A stretch of 64,000 bases of DNA from Caecitellus pseudoparvulus (lineage: Eukaryota; Protista; Bigyra: Bicosoecida), in NCBI GenBank assembly GCA_965644315.1, contig CBFFRQ010000031.1, positions 496,001 to 560,000 on the forward strand. The letters are read 5' to 3'. The number at the start of each line of letters is the position of its first letter. Position 1 is the first letter of the stretch. The notes under the pieces are model-generated. The model had not been told where the DNA came from. It did not search any database and was given only the letters and a program-made list of their open reading frames with translations. The translations under genes and the position numbers were made by a program. Positions 11,872 to 23,337 of the stretch are shown here, piece by piece.

Positions 11872-13148
11872 TTAAATGCGTTTTGTGTTGCCGGATCCGC
11901 GTGTGTGATCGTCGCACCAGTCGTCCCACTCTCGAGCCTTCTTGGTCGCAGCGTCATGGGCGGCTTCGTCGTCCTCCTCCCCGGCGGCGTACAGCTCATC
12001 CAGCTTCTTCACGTGGTGCTTCGCTGCCCTGCAGAGAAAAAAGGGGGGCTTGACAGGGTGTGGGCCCTGCTTGGGTGCCAGGTGGCCGCAAAGCTGGTGG
12101 GGAAACGCACTCTTTTGAAGCTTCGCTCCGAGCACGGGCAGCGGCCACCTCCTGAGCAGCAAACTCTTCCATGGTCATGGGCGGGGCATCGTAGCCTGGC
12201 TTGATGAGGGTGGCCCGGATGGTCTCTCTTGTCTGCTGCAAGTCTGGCCCCAGCCGTGTCAGGGTCTGCGCAGGGGGGGAGGTGGGCGCAGTGGCAAGGT
12301 GGCCCTCGCAAGGCCTCACAGTCACGCACGATGCCAGGTCGGTCAGGGGCTGTCACGGCTGCGATGGCAGCTTCTTCTTTGGCAAGGCGCTCGGCCTCCG
12401 CAGGGCGCATGCGCCCATCCCCCGCAGCGGCTGCCGCGTGGGCTTCAGCAGCTGTCGGCGCAGACCGGGCCACCATCATGTGCAGCATGGGCAGCTCGGC
12501 GGCGATGTGGCCGAGGTCGTCCACAGCCTCCAACGCCGCCAGCTGCAGCGCATCTAACCTGCGCCCGCGCGTGTCCTCGTCGTCGCCTGCGCCGGCCCCC
12601 ACGCCGTCTGCCTCTGCCTCGCCGGACCAGGCTACACTGCCCACACGGCCCTGTAGCTCCGCTCGGAACTTGGCGCGCCCGACCAGGTACGCCCTGCGCT
12701 GCGCAGGGTCGAACGTCATGCCCTCCTCGTCATCGATGAGGTCCTCCCCGACAAGGGAGGCTTCCTCCTTCCGCAGCGCTCCTAGGCGTTGCAGGCTTTG
12801 CAGGAACGTCAGCAGGGCAGCCCGAGCCCCGCGCAGTGCAGGAAGTCGCTGCGCAGGGACGTGGCGCCGCTGCAAGATTTTGGCGCGCCAGAAATCAGGC
12901 AAGAGGTATCGAATGTGCCCCGTGGGGATGTCACTCAGCTCCTCGTTGGCTGACAGCACCCTCTCGCTGCGAATGCGCTTGACCAAACTTGCGAGCTGCG
13001 CCAGGGCTTCAGCGTCTGGTGCTGGACCGGACTCTGCGGCTCCGGGGGGGGCAGAGCCTTCAGCGTCTGAGTTTAACACAGACTGAACAGTGTCCCAGCA
13101 TCGATCAAATGCCGTGCCGATGTCCTCCCCTGCGATGGCGGCCGCCAT
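11872..13148 (-). CDS. IGBP1: TAP42/alpha4 PP2A regulatory subunit (2 introns)
   Basis: VLSANEELSDIPTGHIRYLL, PPMTMEEFA and the C-terminal AREWDDWCDDHTRGSGN are TAP42 hallmarks. Confidence 0.92.
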
Positions 13149-13233
13149 GGTGTTTGCTCTGCGGATTTTGACCACCACGCCAGCCAGCTCAGAAGCACAG
13201 TGAGCACATCCACGAGCCTCAATCATAAGACGG

Positions 13234-13259
13234 ATGCATTCAAATGCATTCAAATGCAA
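13234..13259. repeat. 10-bp tandem repeat (ATGCATTCAA, ~2.6 copies) between the IGHMBP2 3' end and the TAP42 start
   Basis: The sequence reads atgcattcaaatgcattcaaatgcaa and contains repeated copies of the AATGCA gene-end motif. Confidence 0.8.
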
Positions 13260-13350
13260 CTTGAAGCGACTTGGGCATGAAATGTGGGCGAAATGTGACC
13301 CCTGCAGGCTTCTGCAAACTGACCTGGGCTGGCGTGCCACCTGGGCTGGC

Positions 13351-16300
13351 TCAGCGCTTGCCCTTCTTCTTCTTGCCTTTCTTCTTCTTGTCCCCGGCCC
13401 CTGCGCCACTCCGCTCGGCAGTGGCGGCGTCCAGCTTCTTGTGCAGCTGACGCAGCACCGCGGAGCGCGCGTTGCCCGAAAGCTTCTTGCCTGCGCCAGG
13501 AATCGCTGTGCGGTCGGCGGACATGGCAGCCGCCTTGGCCAGCGTGCCTGCGCGGGCGGCCTTGCGAGCTGCCTCGCCACACCCGTGGCTTTCCGGCATC
13601 CCGTGCTTGAAGCAGTACCGCAGCTTGCACAGGCGGCAGACGGAGCCTGTGACGGTGTTGGCGTCACATCCGCTCCGCCCACACCGCCGCTGGGTGGCCT
13701 CCACCATGGCGTCCAGCAGAGCCATGTCCTCATCCTCCTCTGCACCTGCCGCCGCAGCTGCAACAGCGGCCACCTCTTCAACGCTGCGTGTCGTCTCGCG
13801 GCTGGTCCAGCCGTTGGCTGCCTGCCGCGCCACCGTGGCTGCACCAGGCGCCTTGGCGGCGCCCCGTGCCGCAGCCCTGGCTCGCCGCTCAGCTGCAAGG
13901 GCGCCCAGGGCACTGTTCCCAGGCGATGCACCTGCTGGAGCAGAGCCCGTGGAGCGCCCCCCGCCCCGGGACGTCCGTGCAGGGACGGTCTTGAGGGGGG
14001 CAGGCGTGGGAGCTGGTGCGGGGGCTGGCTGCACTTTGCTCTGGATGCTGGTGGGCACGGCCGTGATGAGGAGGCGCTTGCGGCTGCGGCCTCGCACAGG
14101 CTTGCCCAGCGTCAGGCTCATGTGGTGCACGGCCGCCTTCTCCGCTGCCTGGTGCCCCCGTGCGCGCAGGAAGGAGGAGGCCGTGACGGGGTAGGCCAGG
14201 ACCAGGCTGGGCGTGGCGGTGTCCGGGCACACCATGACTGCGGGCAGGAGGCCCTTCTCCACCTTGGCCCGGTCTGCCGGCGGGCAGTGTGGCAGGACGG
14301 CAGTCAGCACCTGCGCCGTCAGGCTCTGCACGACACGGGAGATGGAGGCGAGAGCTTCCGCGCTGCCCCCAGACGCATTGCACAGGGAGGAGGTGAGGGA
14401 GATGCAGCGGGCCCAGATGTCCGCCTCTGGCTGCTGCAGGGGCGTGCTGCCTGGCTGGGCTGGCAGGGGGTGGGCCTCCACCCAAGGCGCACACCACCCT
14501 CGCAGGGCCCCCGCAGGCAGCTTCATGGTGCAGCCCAGCAAGGCCCGCACGTGCCCCGTGAGCAGAGCGTCCATGCCCTGTTCGCCCAGCTGTGGCAGGG
14601 GCTGCCGAATCTTCTTGGTGGAAGGCGGTGTGGGCGGTGGCGTGGCCGTTGCTTCGGAGGACGGCGCTGCAGGGGGCAGCTCAGGCAGCGCCGCCTGCGC
14701 CACCGGTGGCGCCTCCGCGACGTCCATGCCCAGGAACACGGCAGCTGTCTGCACTTCCCCTGCCTGCTCTGCGTGGGCGAACAGGCTGGCGATGTGGGGG
14801 TCAGCGCACACCGTGTCGCTGTCCCCGATGATGACCACTTGCCGGCGAGCTCGCGTGACGGCGACGTTGAGTCGGCGGAAGTCTGACAGGAAGCCCACCG
14901 TGCGCGTGGGATTGGAGCGCACCAGGGACAGCACCACGGCTTCCTTCTCCTGCCCTTGGTAGCCATCCACTGAGCGCACCTCCAAGCCGGGCACCCCCGA
15001 AAAACGCTCCTTCAGCGCGGCCACCTGTGCGTTATACGGCGTGATAACGGCGATGTCCGCCGCGGCCAGGCCTGCCGCCAGCAGCATGGTGACGTAGCGG
15101 TGCACCACCTCCACCTCGCCCGGGTTGCGCTTACTCTCAGCGGCGGCCAGCAGGGCTCTGCCTGAGGCTCGGGAGGCACCTGCCTCGGCGCTGGCGTGGC
15201 CGCCGCCCGCCACCTCGGGGCAGTCACACCCCGCCGTGTCCAAGATGACGATGGGGGTGGACAGGGTGTCCACGTCCACGTCCACGTCGCCCACACGCAG
15301 AGAGGGGGGGAGGCCTCCGCCCCCACCCCCCACCACGGACGCCACAGATGGCAGCTGTGGCAGGGTGTGCCCCGCCACGCTGGCGTGTGGGTGGAGTCCC
15401 CCCCCGTACAGCGTGGTGCTGGACCAGGCACCGATGGCTGCATGCATGCGGTACTGGGTGTCCAGCATGGTCACCAGGCCCGCCGCCCGCTCCGGGAGCA
15501 AGACCTGTGCCGGGGAAGTCGACCTGGAGTCGTACATGGCCACGACGCGGTCCACGAGGGTGTAGCCCAGGCCACCTTGCGCCGCCGGCTGGGACATGAT
15601 GGTGGGCGGCAGCTGCATGTGGTCCCCGGCCAGAACGGCCCGGCGCCCCAGCATGAGAGGGATCCACGCCGCCGCCTCGGTGCTCTGGGCGGCTTCGTCA
15701 ATCACCACGACATCAAAGGGAGCCGCTTCCCCTCCGCCGTCCCCCGTGGCCGCTCCGGAGCCAGCCTGCGCCGCCACCGCCCGCTGCAGCACTCTGGAGG
15801 CGGCGCCGGGAATGGTGGCCAGCACGACATCGGCCCCACGCAGGACGGCGGAGGTGACGTCACTCTCCCGCTCACGCAGCTCACGCCGCAGGGCCTTGGC
15901 CAAGTGCCGTGCGTCCCGCATGCCCACCTTGTCCTGGCTGCGCTTGGCACGCCGGAGGTCTTTGAGGGCGCCATCCAGCGCGCCCCGGGCGTCAGCGACG
16001 ACCTGAGATCGCGAGTCTCCCGCCACCACCGCATCCAGCGTGTACCCGACGAGGTCCTCCGCCACCCGCGCGGGGTGCCCGATGCGCACGACATGGGGGT
16101 TGGCGCCGTCCCCCCCCGCATACGTGTCAGGCCGAGAGGCCACCCTGCCCCGTGCCACGTCAGCCACCCCCAACCGCACCTCCACCAAGCGCTCCAGCAA
16201 GTTGTCCACTGCGACGTTGGAGGGGGCACAGGCCAGGACGCGCTGGCCCCGCGCCACGCACTGCCGGATGATCTCCACGACAGTCGTGGTCTTGCCCGTG

Positions 16301-17085
16301 CCGGGGGGGCCGTGCACGACGGCGATGTCCTGGGCCGCCAGCGCCATGCTAACTGCGTGGGTTTGGCTGGCGTTCAGGCCGCCGTGGAAGGGCGTGAAGG
16401 GGGCCCGCTCCGCCACCCGCGGCAGGTCGTCGGGGTTCACGCTGAAGCTGGCAGCCATGGTCTGGGGTGCGTCGCCCTCACTCGCTGCCTTGCGGGGGGT
16501 GGAGCCAGCCCATGGGAAGAGGGCCCGTGCCATGCGCGCGGCGGGGCCGAAGGCGCCAGCCTTCACTGCCGCCAGCGCCGCGGAGATGCGCTTGTGGGTG
16601 ACGTCGTTGGGCAGGGCGTCCATGCGCACGCGCTCGCCGTGCAGCTGGACGCCCCCCCGCCCCTCCTCCTCCTCTTCCTGCTCTCTCAGGGACACCCGGA
16701 TGCTGCGGTCGGTGACTTTGAACACGACTCCGGTGGCAGCGTGGCTGATGCTGCCGTGCCCGCCCGCAGCCTTGGCCACTTTGTGGTCCACCAGCCCCAC
16801 GACGGAGCCGGGGGAGAACTTGTGGGGGGGCAGGGGGCCTTCCTCCTCTCGGTGCACCAGCATGACCTCCGTGCGCCCCAGCAGGCCGACTGTCGTGGAC
16901 ACGAGCTTCAAGCACGTCAGCGTCGTGCCTCGGGCTTCCAGTGCAGCTGTGTCCGACTCTGCCAGCGCATCCTGCACCGTGTTCACCTCCTCTTCGTGCT
17001 CCAGCGCCAGCAGGCGGGCTTGCTCGGTGGCCCACTCAGAGGTGCTGCGCGGAGCCACAATGGCCAGCGGAAACGAGGCCGCCAT
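13351..17085 (-). CDS. IGHMBP2: SF1 (Upf1-like) helicase IGHMBP2/SMUBP-2 with R3H and AN1 zinc finger
   Basis: HGPPGTGKTTT, APSNVAVDN, VIDEAAQ, LAGDHMQLPP, QYRMH, SVDGYQGQEKE, RRLNVAVTRAR; R3H-like FLRARGHQAAE; C-terminal CRLCKLRYCFKHGMPESHGCG. Start taken at MAASF. Confidence 0.95.
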   Translation of the reverse strand: MAASFPLAIVAPRSTSEWATEQARLLALEHEEEVNTVQDALAESDTAALEARGTTLTCLKLVSTTVGLLGRTEVMLVHREEEGPLPPHKFSPGSVVGLVDHKVAKAAGGHGSISHAATGVVFKVTDRSIRVSLREQEEEEEGRGGVQLHGERVRMDALPNDVTHKRISAALAAVKAGAFGPAARMARALFPWAGSTPRKAASEGDAPQTMAASFSVNPDDLPRVAERAPFTPFHGGLNASQTHAVSMALAAQDIAVVHGPPGTGKTTTVVEIIRQCVARGQRVLACAPSNVAVDNLLERLVEVRLGVADVARGRVASRPDTYAGGDGANPHVVRIGHPARVAEDLVGYTLDAVVAGDSRSQVVADARGALDGALKDLRRAKRSQDKVGMRDARHLAKALRRELRERESDVTSAVLRGADVVLATIPGAASRVLQRAVAAQAGSGAATGDGGGEAAPFDVVVIDEAAQSTEAAAWIPLMLGRRAVLAGDHMQLPPTIMSQPAAQGGLGYTLVDRVVAMYDSRSTSPAQVLLPERAAGLVTMLDTQYRMHAAIGAWSSTTLYGGGLHPHASVAGHTLPQLPSVASVVGGGGGGLPPSLRVGDVDVDVDTLSTPIVILDTAGCDCPEVAGGGHASAEAGASRASGRALLAAAESKRNPGEVEVVHRYVTMLLAAGLAAADIAVITPYNAQVAALKERFSGVPGLEVRSVDGYQGQEKEAVVLSLVRSNPTRTVGFLSDFRRLNVAVTRARRQVVIIGDSDTVCADPHIASLFAHAEQAGEVQTAAVFLGMDVAEAPPVAQAALPELPPAAPSSEATATPPPTPPSTKKIRQPLPQLGEQGMDALLTGHVRALLGCTMKLPAGALRGWCAPWVEAHPLPAQPGSTPLQQPEADIWARCISLTSSLCNASGGSAEALASISRVVQSLTAQVLTAVLPHCPPADRAKVEKGLLPAVMVCPDTATPSLVLAYPVTASSFLRARGHQAAEKAAVHHMSLTLGKPVRGRSRKRLLITAVPTSIQSKVQPAPAPAPTPAPLKTVPARTSRGGGRSTGSAPAGASPGNSALGALAAERRARAAARGAAKAPGAATVARQAANGWTSRETTRSVEEVAAVAAAAAGAEEDEDMALLDAMVEATQRRCGRSGCDANTVTGSVCRLCKLRYCFKHGMPESHGCGEAARKAARAGTLAKAAAMSADRTAIPGAGKKLSGNARSAVLRQLHKKLDAATAERSGAGAGDKKKKGKKKKGKR

Positions 17086-17407
17086 GTTGCAGATAAAGCC
17101 CTTGGCCTGCCACAGGTAGCTGACTGCTAGGGCACTCCGAAAAGCAGTCCACGCACGCTTGCTGGCTGGGCTTGGTATTGTGCGGGGGCCGGGCATGTGT
17201 GTGGACCTGGTTCGGGTCGCAACGCAGGCGAAACGCCGTGCCGACACCCTCCCTTGCGCATCCTTGAACGCGCAGGCACATTCCACCCCCCCCCATGATG
17301 GCTTGAATTGATTTTCCTCGCCAACGTTGCAGGGTTACCTATTGCAGCCGCTCTTGGCCTGGCCCTGCGCCCTGCCACCTTCACTTGTACCTGAAGCGGA
17401 AATCGCC

Positions 17408-18496
17408 ATGCAGCTTCGGCGCATGCGCCGTTGGCTGCTGCTTGCAGTGTGCGCTGCCTGGAGCAGCGCGGCGATGGCCAGCACAGGGGATCAGCTTGCT
17501 CCATTCAAATCCTGTGTGAACGTGTGCCGCTCCAACAACTGCAAAGCTTCAGGCCCTGATGCCCTTGTGAGCGAGACACCGCTGTGGCTGCTGGGCTGGA
17601 CATGGTGCGTGCAGCCGCCTGGGGGCGCCCAGGCTTCCCCACCCCGCCCGCACACCCTCCCCCCACCTCTGCTCAGTGCTGAGGACTGCAATTACCAGTG
17701 CATGCACTCCACCGAGCGCCTGCGGGCGATGCAGGGCCAGCCCCCCGTGCAGTACTTCGGCAAGTGGCCCTTCACACGCGTGGCCGGGTGCCAGGAGCTG
17801 CTGAGCACCGTGTTCAGCATGGGCAACGCCCTGCCACACCTGTTCTTCCTCTTGTTCCTGTGGCCCACCATGCCCTCCAGCGGCATGTCTGGCGCCCTGG
17901 CCATCTACGCACTGGGCTGCATCAACACCTGGTGGTGGAGCACCGCCTTCCACTGCCGGGACAATTTCTGGACGGAGCGCCTGGACTACCACTGCGCCAG
18001 CGTGCTGCTGGTCATGACGCTGCTGGTGACCATCGTGCGGGTGTTGCGGGTGCGCAGTCGGCTCGTCATGGCAGGCATCGCGGCACTGCTCCTGGGAGCC
18101 TTTGCACTGCACGTGGCGCACATGAACCTGGTGCTGTTCGACTACGGCTGGAACATGAAGCTATCTATCGGCGTGGTGGCGACGAACATCCTCCTGTGGC
18201 TGGGGTGGGTGGCAGTGCACGTGCGTAAGCGGCCGTATGTCCTGCACATGGCCCTGCTCAACTGTGCCTTGGTGGCAGCAGGCATGTTCGAGGTGTACGA
18301 CTTCTCGCCGGTGTGGGGGCACCTGGACGCGCATGCGACGTGGCACGGCCTCACCATCCCCATCGGCTTCTACTGGTACTACATTTTCTACACAGACTTC
18401 AAGGCTGAGACGCAGCACTGTGGAGCTGACTCCCTGTACGCCCCCGCACCCGGCAGCAAAGCCAAGGTGGACCCCCCCGCGGCGCCTGTGCCATAG
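17408..18496 (+). CDS. PGAP3: Per1/PGAP3 GPI-remodelling phospholipase (in-frame intron 17605-17676)
   Basis: ASTGD, spliced GWTCAEDCNYQCMH, QYFGKWPFTR, WSTAFHCRD, TERLDY, DAHATWHGLT. Confidence 0.95.
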   Translation: MQLRRMRRWLLLAVCAAWSSAAMASTGDQLAPFKSCVNVCRSNNCKASGPDALVSETPLWLLGWTWCVQPPGGAQASPPRPHTLPPPLLSAEDCNYQCMHSTERLRAMQGQPPVQYFGKWPFTRVAGCQELLSTVFSMGNALPHLFFLLFLWPTMPSSGMSGALAIYALGCINTWWWSTAFHCRDNFWTERLDYHCASVLLVMTLLVTIVRVLRVRSRLVMAGIAALLLGAFALHVAHMNLVLFDYGWNMKLSIGVVATNILLWLGWVAVHVRKRPYVLHMALLNCALVAAGMFEVYDFSPVWGHLDAHATWHGLTIPIGFYWYYIFYTDFKAETQHCGADSLYAPAPGSKAKVDPPAAPVP

Positions 18497-18518
18497 AAGC
18501 CCCTGGCCCGGGGCGTCT

Positions 18519-20085
18519 TCATGCTGGGAAGGCGTGCAATTGCAGGTGGGCGTCACTGCCGCCCGACCAGAGACCAGAGCCGTCTGGCGCCCAGGCCAAG
18601 GATAGCACCTTACTGGGCGCGGCGTCGGCAGGCGGCCGTGTGTCTGCGGCCGCCTCGGGGGTGACAGCGCTGGCCGTGGGCTGGTACTCGCCCTGCTGCA
18701 GCTCGGCGTGGGACTTGAGCGCGAAGACGGGCTTGTCTGCCCGCAGGTCCCACACGCGCACGCTGCCGTCATGTCCCGCCGACGCGAACAGGTGGTCGCT
18801 GCCTGGCTGCCACGCAATGCACGATACCCAGGCGGTGTGGGCTGTGGCCAGGGCGCGAGGGCGGCCGCCGTCACTCATGCGCCGCGCCCCCGAGGGAGCC
18901 CGTGAGTCCCACAGGCGCACCAGGTGGTCTGGGTGTCCCGTGGCGAGGAGGTAGCCCGCGCCGGGTGCTGAGGCCGGTGCGGAGGCCAGCGCTGAGACGA
19001 CCTTGTTGCAGGAGTGACTGTCCACCTCCACGCCCCCTGCGGCGAGGTCCCACACACGCAGGCTGTGGTCCCATGAGCCAGTCACCAGGGCAGCGGGTGC
19101 AGCGGGCAGCGTGGCCATGCACGTCACGGCACCTTTGTGCCCCAGCAGCTCCAGGGTGGGGGAGATGTCACTGACGGCGGGGAGGGCGGAGGGCGCAGGG
19201 GCCTTGGACCGCTTGCCTGCACGCCGCTTGGGCGCGGGGGCGGCGGCGGCGGCGCCGGCCTCTTCCACCAGCGCAGCTGTGTGCCAGGCGTGCACGATGC
19301 CAGACCAGGTGCCGGCGGCGAGGACTTGAGCGGCGCCGGCGCCGACGAAGGCGACGCTCTGCACCGCCTCCACGGCGCGCATACTCAGCACGTGTGCAGG
19401 AGCAGCCGTGCCGTCCATGTTCAGCATGTGCAGGGAGCCATCTGCGGCGCCTGCAGCGATGGCGCTGCCCTCGCCAGCTGCAACGCAGGTGAGGGAGTCG
19501 GGTGCTAGCAACACTTCCTGCTGCACTGCACCTGTGCTTGGGTCGTGCAGGCGGAGTGTGCCGTCGTAACAGGAAGAGATGGGGATGCTGTGGGCGGGGA
19601 GGAGGTGTGGCGTGAGCACCTGCTTGAGGACAACAGCTGCCGGCGGCACGCACGAGCCAGCGACGGCGACGCCGGAGACCCAGTCAGGCACCTCCTCGTC
19701 AGCTGCAAGCTCTGGGGCTTGCAGTGCAGGGAAGTACTTGATCTCCACGATGCTTTCCTGGGTTGCAGAGGCGGTGCAGGGCAGGGTGCGGGCATGGCAG
19801 GGGGGAGGGGAAGGCAGTGTGTGGGAACCAATTTCCGCGCCTGGCACGCACCGCGGAGACAGAGTGAGACTCCAAGTGCTTCGCGAGGCTGGAGCGCAGG
19901 AGCTGCCCTTGGATGGAAAAGTCGAAGGGCACGCGCTTCTCCAGGCTGAGCAGCTGGTTCACCACCTCGCTGAGGCCCAGACGGTTCAAGTTCGCCGGCA
20001 CAGCCAGTGGCGTCTCAGGAACAGCATACTTGTCCAGCGTCGCCACCAGGCGCACGCCCACCTGGGACAGCTGCTCCGCGGCCAT
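18519..20085 (-). CDS. WDR12: Ribosome biogenesis protein WDR12/Ytm1 (NLE domain + WD40; introns)
   Basis: YAVPETPLAVP...LSEVVNQLL...PFDFSIQGQLLRSSL, ESIVEIKY, PDWVS, then WD repeats (TGSWDHSLRVWD, SAGHDGSVRVWD). Confidence 0.9.
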
Positions 20086-20200
20086 GCTGAGAGGGAGGTT
20101 GGAGCTCCAAACAGGGGGGCTTCCACGGCATGAGTGGGGGGGGAATGAAAACGTACATTGCGCGGCGGCAGCGGGATTTGACCAGGGGCGGGCGCTGCGC

Positions 20201-21786
20201 TCACGCCGTCATGGCCAGCACTTCAGCTTCGGGGAGCACGGCAGCGGCCCAGAAGCGCGCCAGCACGTCCCTGCCCCGTTCCAGTGTGGAGGCCTTCCAC
20301 TCTGGCGTGTCCACGTAAAATGCCGCCAGGCTGCCTTGGCGCTGAGGGGCGTCCACTGGCAAGACGGGGTCAGCTGCCAACGCCGCGTTCAGGGTGCGAA
20401 TGGCAGAGAACACTTCGATGGGCTGCAGCGTGCCGAACTCCTGCGTGACGGCCAGCTTGAGCACTCGCCCTGGCTCGTACTTTCCCCGTGGCACCGCAGC
20501 ACCGCCCTGCACAGCCTTGCCCTTGGCTGAGCGGGCTGGGGAGCGGGCACGAGCTGATGGCACAGACAGGCCCTTCCCAGCTGGCTTCAGCAGTGCGCGC
20601 ACGTCAGCCTCCTCCTGCGCACTGCCGACGCCTGCAGCGGCACGCGCCTCTGCGTACAGCTCATACCCTGAGCACTGTGGCTGCACGGGCACGAGGTCGT
20701 GCACGAGGTCTGCGAGCTGGGGCCCAGCCAGCAACTGCACGCCGGCTGTGAAGGAGCCTGACGTCACGTACGCGACACCCTCGCCGCCGGATGAGTCCCC
20801 CTGCACGCGCAGCTGGTCCAGCGTCACGCCAGGCACTTTGTCCTCCCCTGCAAAGCCGGCAATGCCCCGTGCCAGTTGCTCGGGTTGCCCGCCGTCCAGC
20901 AGCAGCGTGTCCACACCGCTAGGCCCCAGGCCCGAGTGCACGTCCACATGCACCAGGCGGGTGAGGGCAGCGTTGGACCGGGACACGCCCAGGCCCTGCA
21001 GCACCCGCATGACCGCAGCGCCTTCTTCCTGCAGCGCCTGGCCGCCGAAGTACAGCCCGCGAGGGAAGGTGTACTGCCCGCCAACGGCAGCTTGCTTCAG
21101 GCGCCCCAACCCATACCACGCGATCATGCCGGCGGCACGCAGGTAGAAGCAGTCACAGGGCCCGATGCCGTCGGGGTTGATGAGGGGGCTGAAGGCCACG
21201 TAGTCCTCGTTGGGGTTCGCGATGAGGTCTGCGAAGCGGCCGCTGTCGCCGCTGGGCGTCCCCGGCACAACGATGGAGTTGCGGTTCAAGTCCACGTTGT
21301 TGGGGTTGAAGCGCACGCGCCAGGCCATGCCGTGCGGGTTCACGGCGTGGATGAACACCGCCAGCTGCCCGCTGCGCAGGGGCTGGTCCGCGACGCGAGC
21401 TGCATAGTTCGTCAAAAAATCCCGCTGGATGGCAGAGCCCACGTAGCCTTCGGGGCCGTGCACGCCTGACGAGTGCACAAAGACAGCTGTTGGGGCGGGG
21501 GGTTCTTCGTCATCTTCTTCGGAGTGAATGACGGCAAAGTCAATGCACAGCTCCTCGCCGTCAGGGCCCCTGCGTGAGCATCGGGATTCGGCGGCGGTTC
21601 GAATTCCGCAGAGGGCGTCGTCCCCCCGCGCAGGCTCTTCACTCACAGCAGGCCTTCCCGTGCGCCCACTCTGTGGGAAATGACTCTGGCAGTGGGAATG
21701 GCAGCAGCAGCCGCCAGGAACTGCGCCCGTGCAGCCTTGTAGTTGGTGTGGAACCAGGCGTCCACCTCGGAGGCTGACGCAGCCAT
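20201..21786 (-). CDS. DUF2817 / M14-like zinc metallopeptidase-fold protein (1 intron)
   Basis: YKAARAQFLAAA, GPDGEELCID, SSGVHGPEGYVGSAIQ, HAVNPHGMAW, NVDLNRN, GGQY..PRGLYFGG, VDVHSGLG, TQEFGT. A GTGAGT..CGCAG intron joins EGLL to GPDG. Confidence 0.85.
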
Positions 21787-21877
21787 GGCGAGGCGGGCCG
21801 TGAGCGGCGTGTGTGACAGGGCAAGGGCAGGCAGGACGCAGGAGGGGCAGGGCGCCGTGCAGAGTTGCATTTGCACC

Positions 21878-23103
21878 CTACTGATCAATGTCCTCCTCGT
21901 CGCTGTCGGAGCCGGAGGCACTGCCGCCGCCCTCCCCGTCAGACAGGTCGCCGTCCCCGCCCAGCGCCGCATCGGCACTGTACATGCGGTCCAGCGGGTC
22001 CGCTGTGCGCGCCAGCTCGGCCGCCCGCGCAGAGGAGGCGGCCTGGGCGGCCTGGCGGTCAGCGTAGGCTGCCCCCCGCATCTTGCGGGCTTCGTGGCGC
22101 AGGCGGTTGGGCGACACGAACAGGGGGTTCTGGTACAGTGTGGGGCCGCCGAAGGAGCCGGCGAAGATGCGGACGGGCGTGAGGACGCAGCGCGGGCCCA
22201 CCTCCACGAGGGAGGCGGGCTCCTCCCCCGCCGCCAGCAGCTTCTTGAGGGCCTTGGCGTCCTGCGTCGCGTCCACGATCTGGTAGTGCCGCAGCCACAC
22301 GCGGCCGTCGACGACGTAGAAGCCCAGGACGTGGTCGTGGAAGGGCTGGCTCTTGGGGTGCCCCCGCGGCACGTTGAAGACCTGGATGAACATCTCCTTC
22401 ATGAGGGCCAGGTGGGGCGCCGAGTCGAAGGCCTTGTCGAAGGAGAGCAGGGGGCGGGAGCCCTTCAAGCAGTTGCCGGCCAGGCGCAGCTCATCCATGG
22501 TGTGCACGTTCACGACGTGGAACTTGATGCTGGGGCCAGAGGGCGTCTTGGAGAACCACAGGTACAGGTCGCGCTTCTTGCGCACTTCGAAGAACACCGT
22601 GGAGCCGCAGGACTTGATCTCGGCGATTTCGTTGATGGTGGACAGGTTGTCTTTAGAATCCAGCTTGGAGTCCTTCTTGTGGTGCGGGATGAGCGCCCGC
22701 AGGTCCTCCATCAGGTGCCGGTACCGCGCCGTGATGCCGCGGGAGCAGAACACCAGCACGCGCTGCTTGTTTGTGTAGGATGGGTTGGGGTCGTACACGC
22801 CCGCGGCTGCTGAGGCGTCTGCGTGGCCGGCCGTGTCGCTGGCGCTGGTGCCACTGGCACCTGCTGCAGCTGGCGCGCGGGCGCCAGCCTCTGCAGCCTC
22901 ATCCTCGCTGACACTGTCCGCGGCGTCGGCCTGGAGAAAGGCGAGGGGGGCGGGGGGCAGGAACGTGAGAGGTGGCAGGCGGGCTGCGCTGCACCAATTT
23001 CCGCACGACACACCATGACAAGCGCCTGTTTCTTGTCCTCGTGGGCAGGTGCGTCTGCCTCCGTGGCAGCAGCCGCCTCCCTGGCCCTCTTCCGTTTGTA
23101 CAT
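21878..23103 (-). CDS. BRX1: Ribosome biogenesis protein Brx1 (Brix domain; 1 intron)
   Basis: NKQRVLVFCSRGITARYRHLMEDL, GPSIKFHVVNVHTMDELRLAGNCLKGSRPLLSFD, KSQPFHDH, EVGPR. Confidence 0.96.
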
Positions 23104-23337
23104 GTTCGCTGAGAGGCGGCTCAAGCCGCGTGTGAAGCCGACAGAGGGCTGCAGGCCCCTGCTGTGGAACAGGGGCTGGTGTTGCCGCTGGCAGGCTGAG
23201 CGGAAGGGGGTGGGTGGGAAGGAGCAGAGTTGAATCTGCAGCACTTTCAAATTACCCACGTCACCCCATCTGTGCCAGCGCCCTGCTCGCTTGCCTTTCC
23301 CCCGTGCCTCTTCGCCACCCCCCCTGCCTCGCTCATC

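Noticed and set aside
12009-13931. 640-aa ORF as a single protein or IGHMBP2-TAP42 fusion
   Set aside because: The upstream part is an alternate frame of the IGHMBP2 3' end plus intergenic DNA; TAP42 homology starts at ATG 13148.
13234-17130. + strand ORFs of 550, 644 and 359 aa
   Set aside because: Antisense to IGHMBP2; stop-poor because of high GC3.
18519-23103. WDR12 and BRX1 as a ribosome-biogenesis cluster
   Set aside because: They are separated by an unrelated gene, and such factors are numerous enough for chance proximity.
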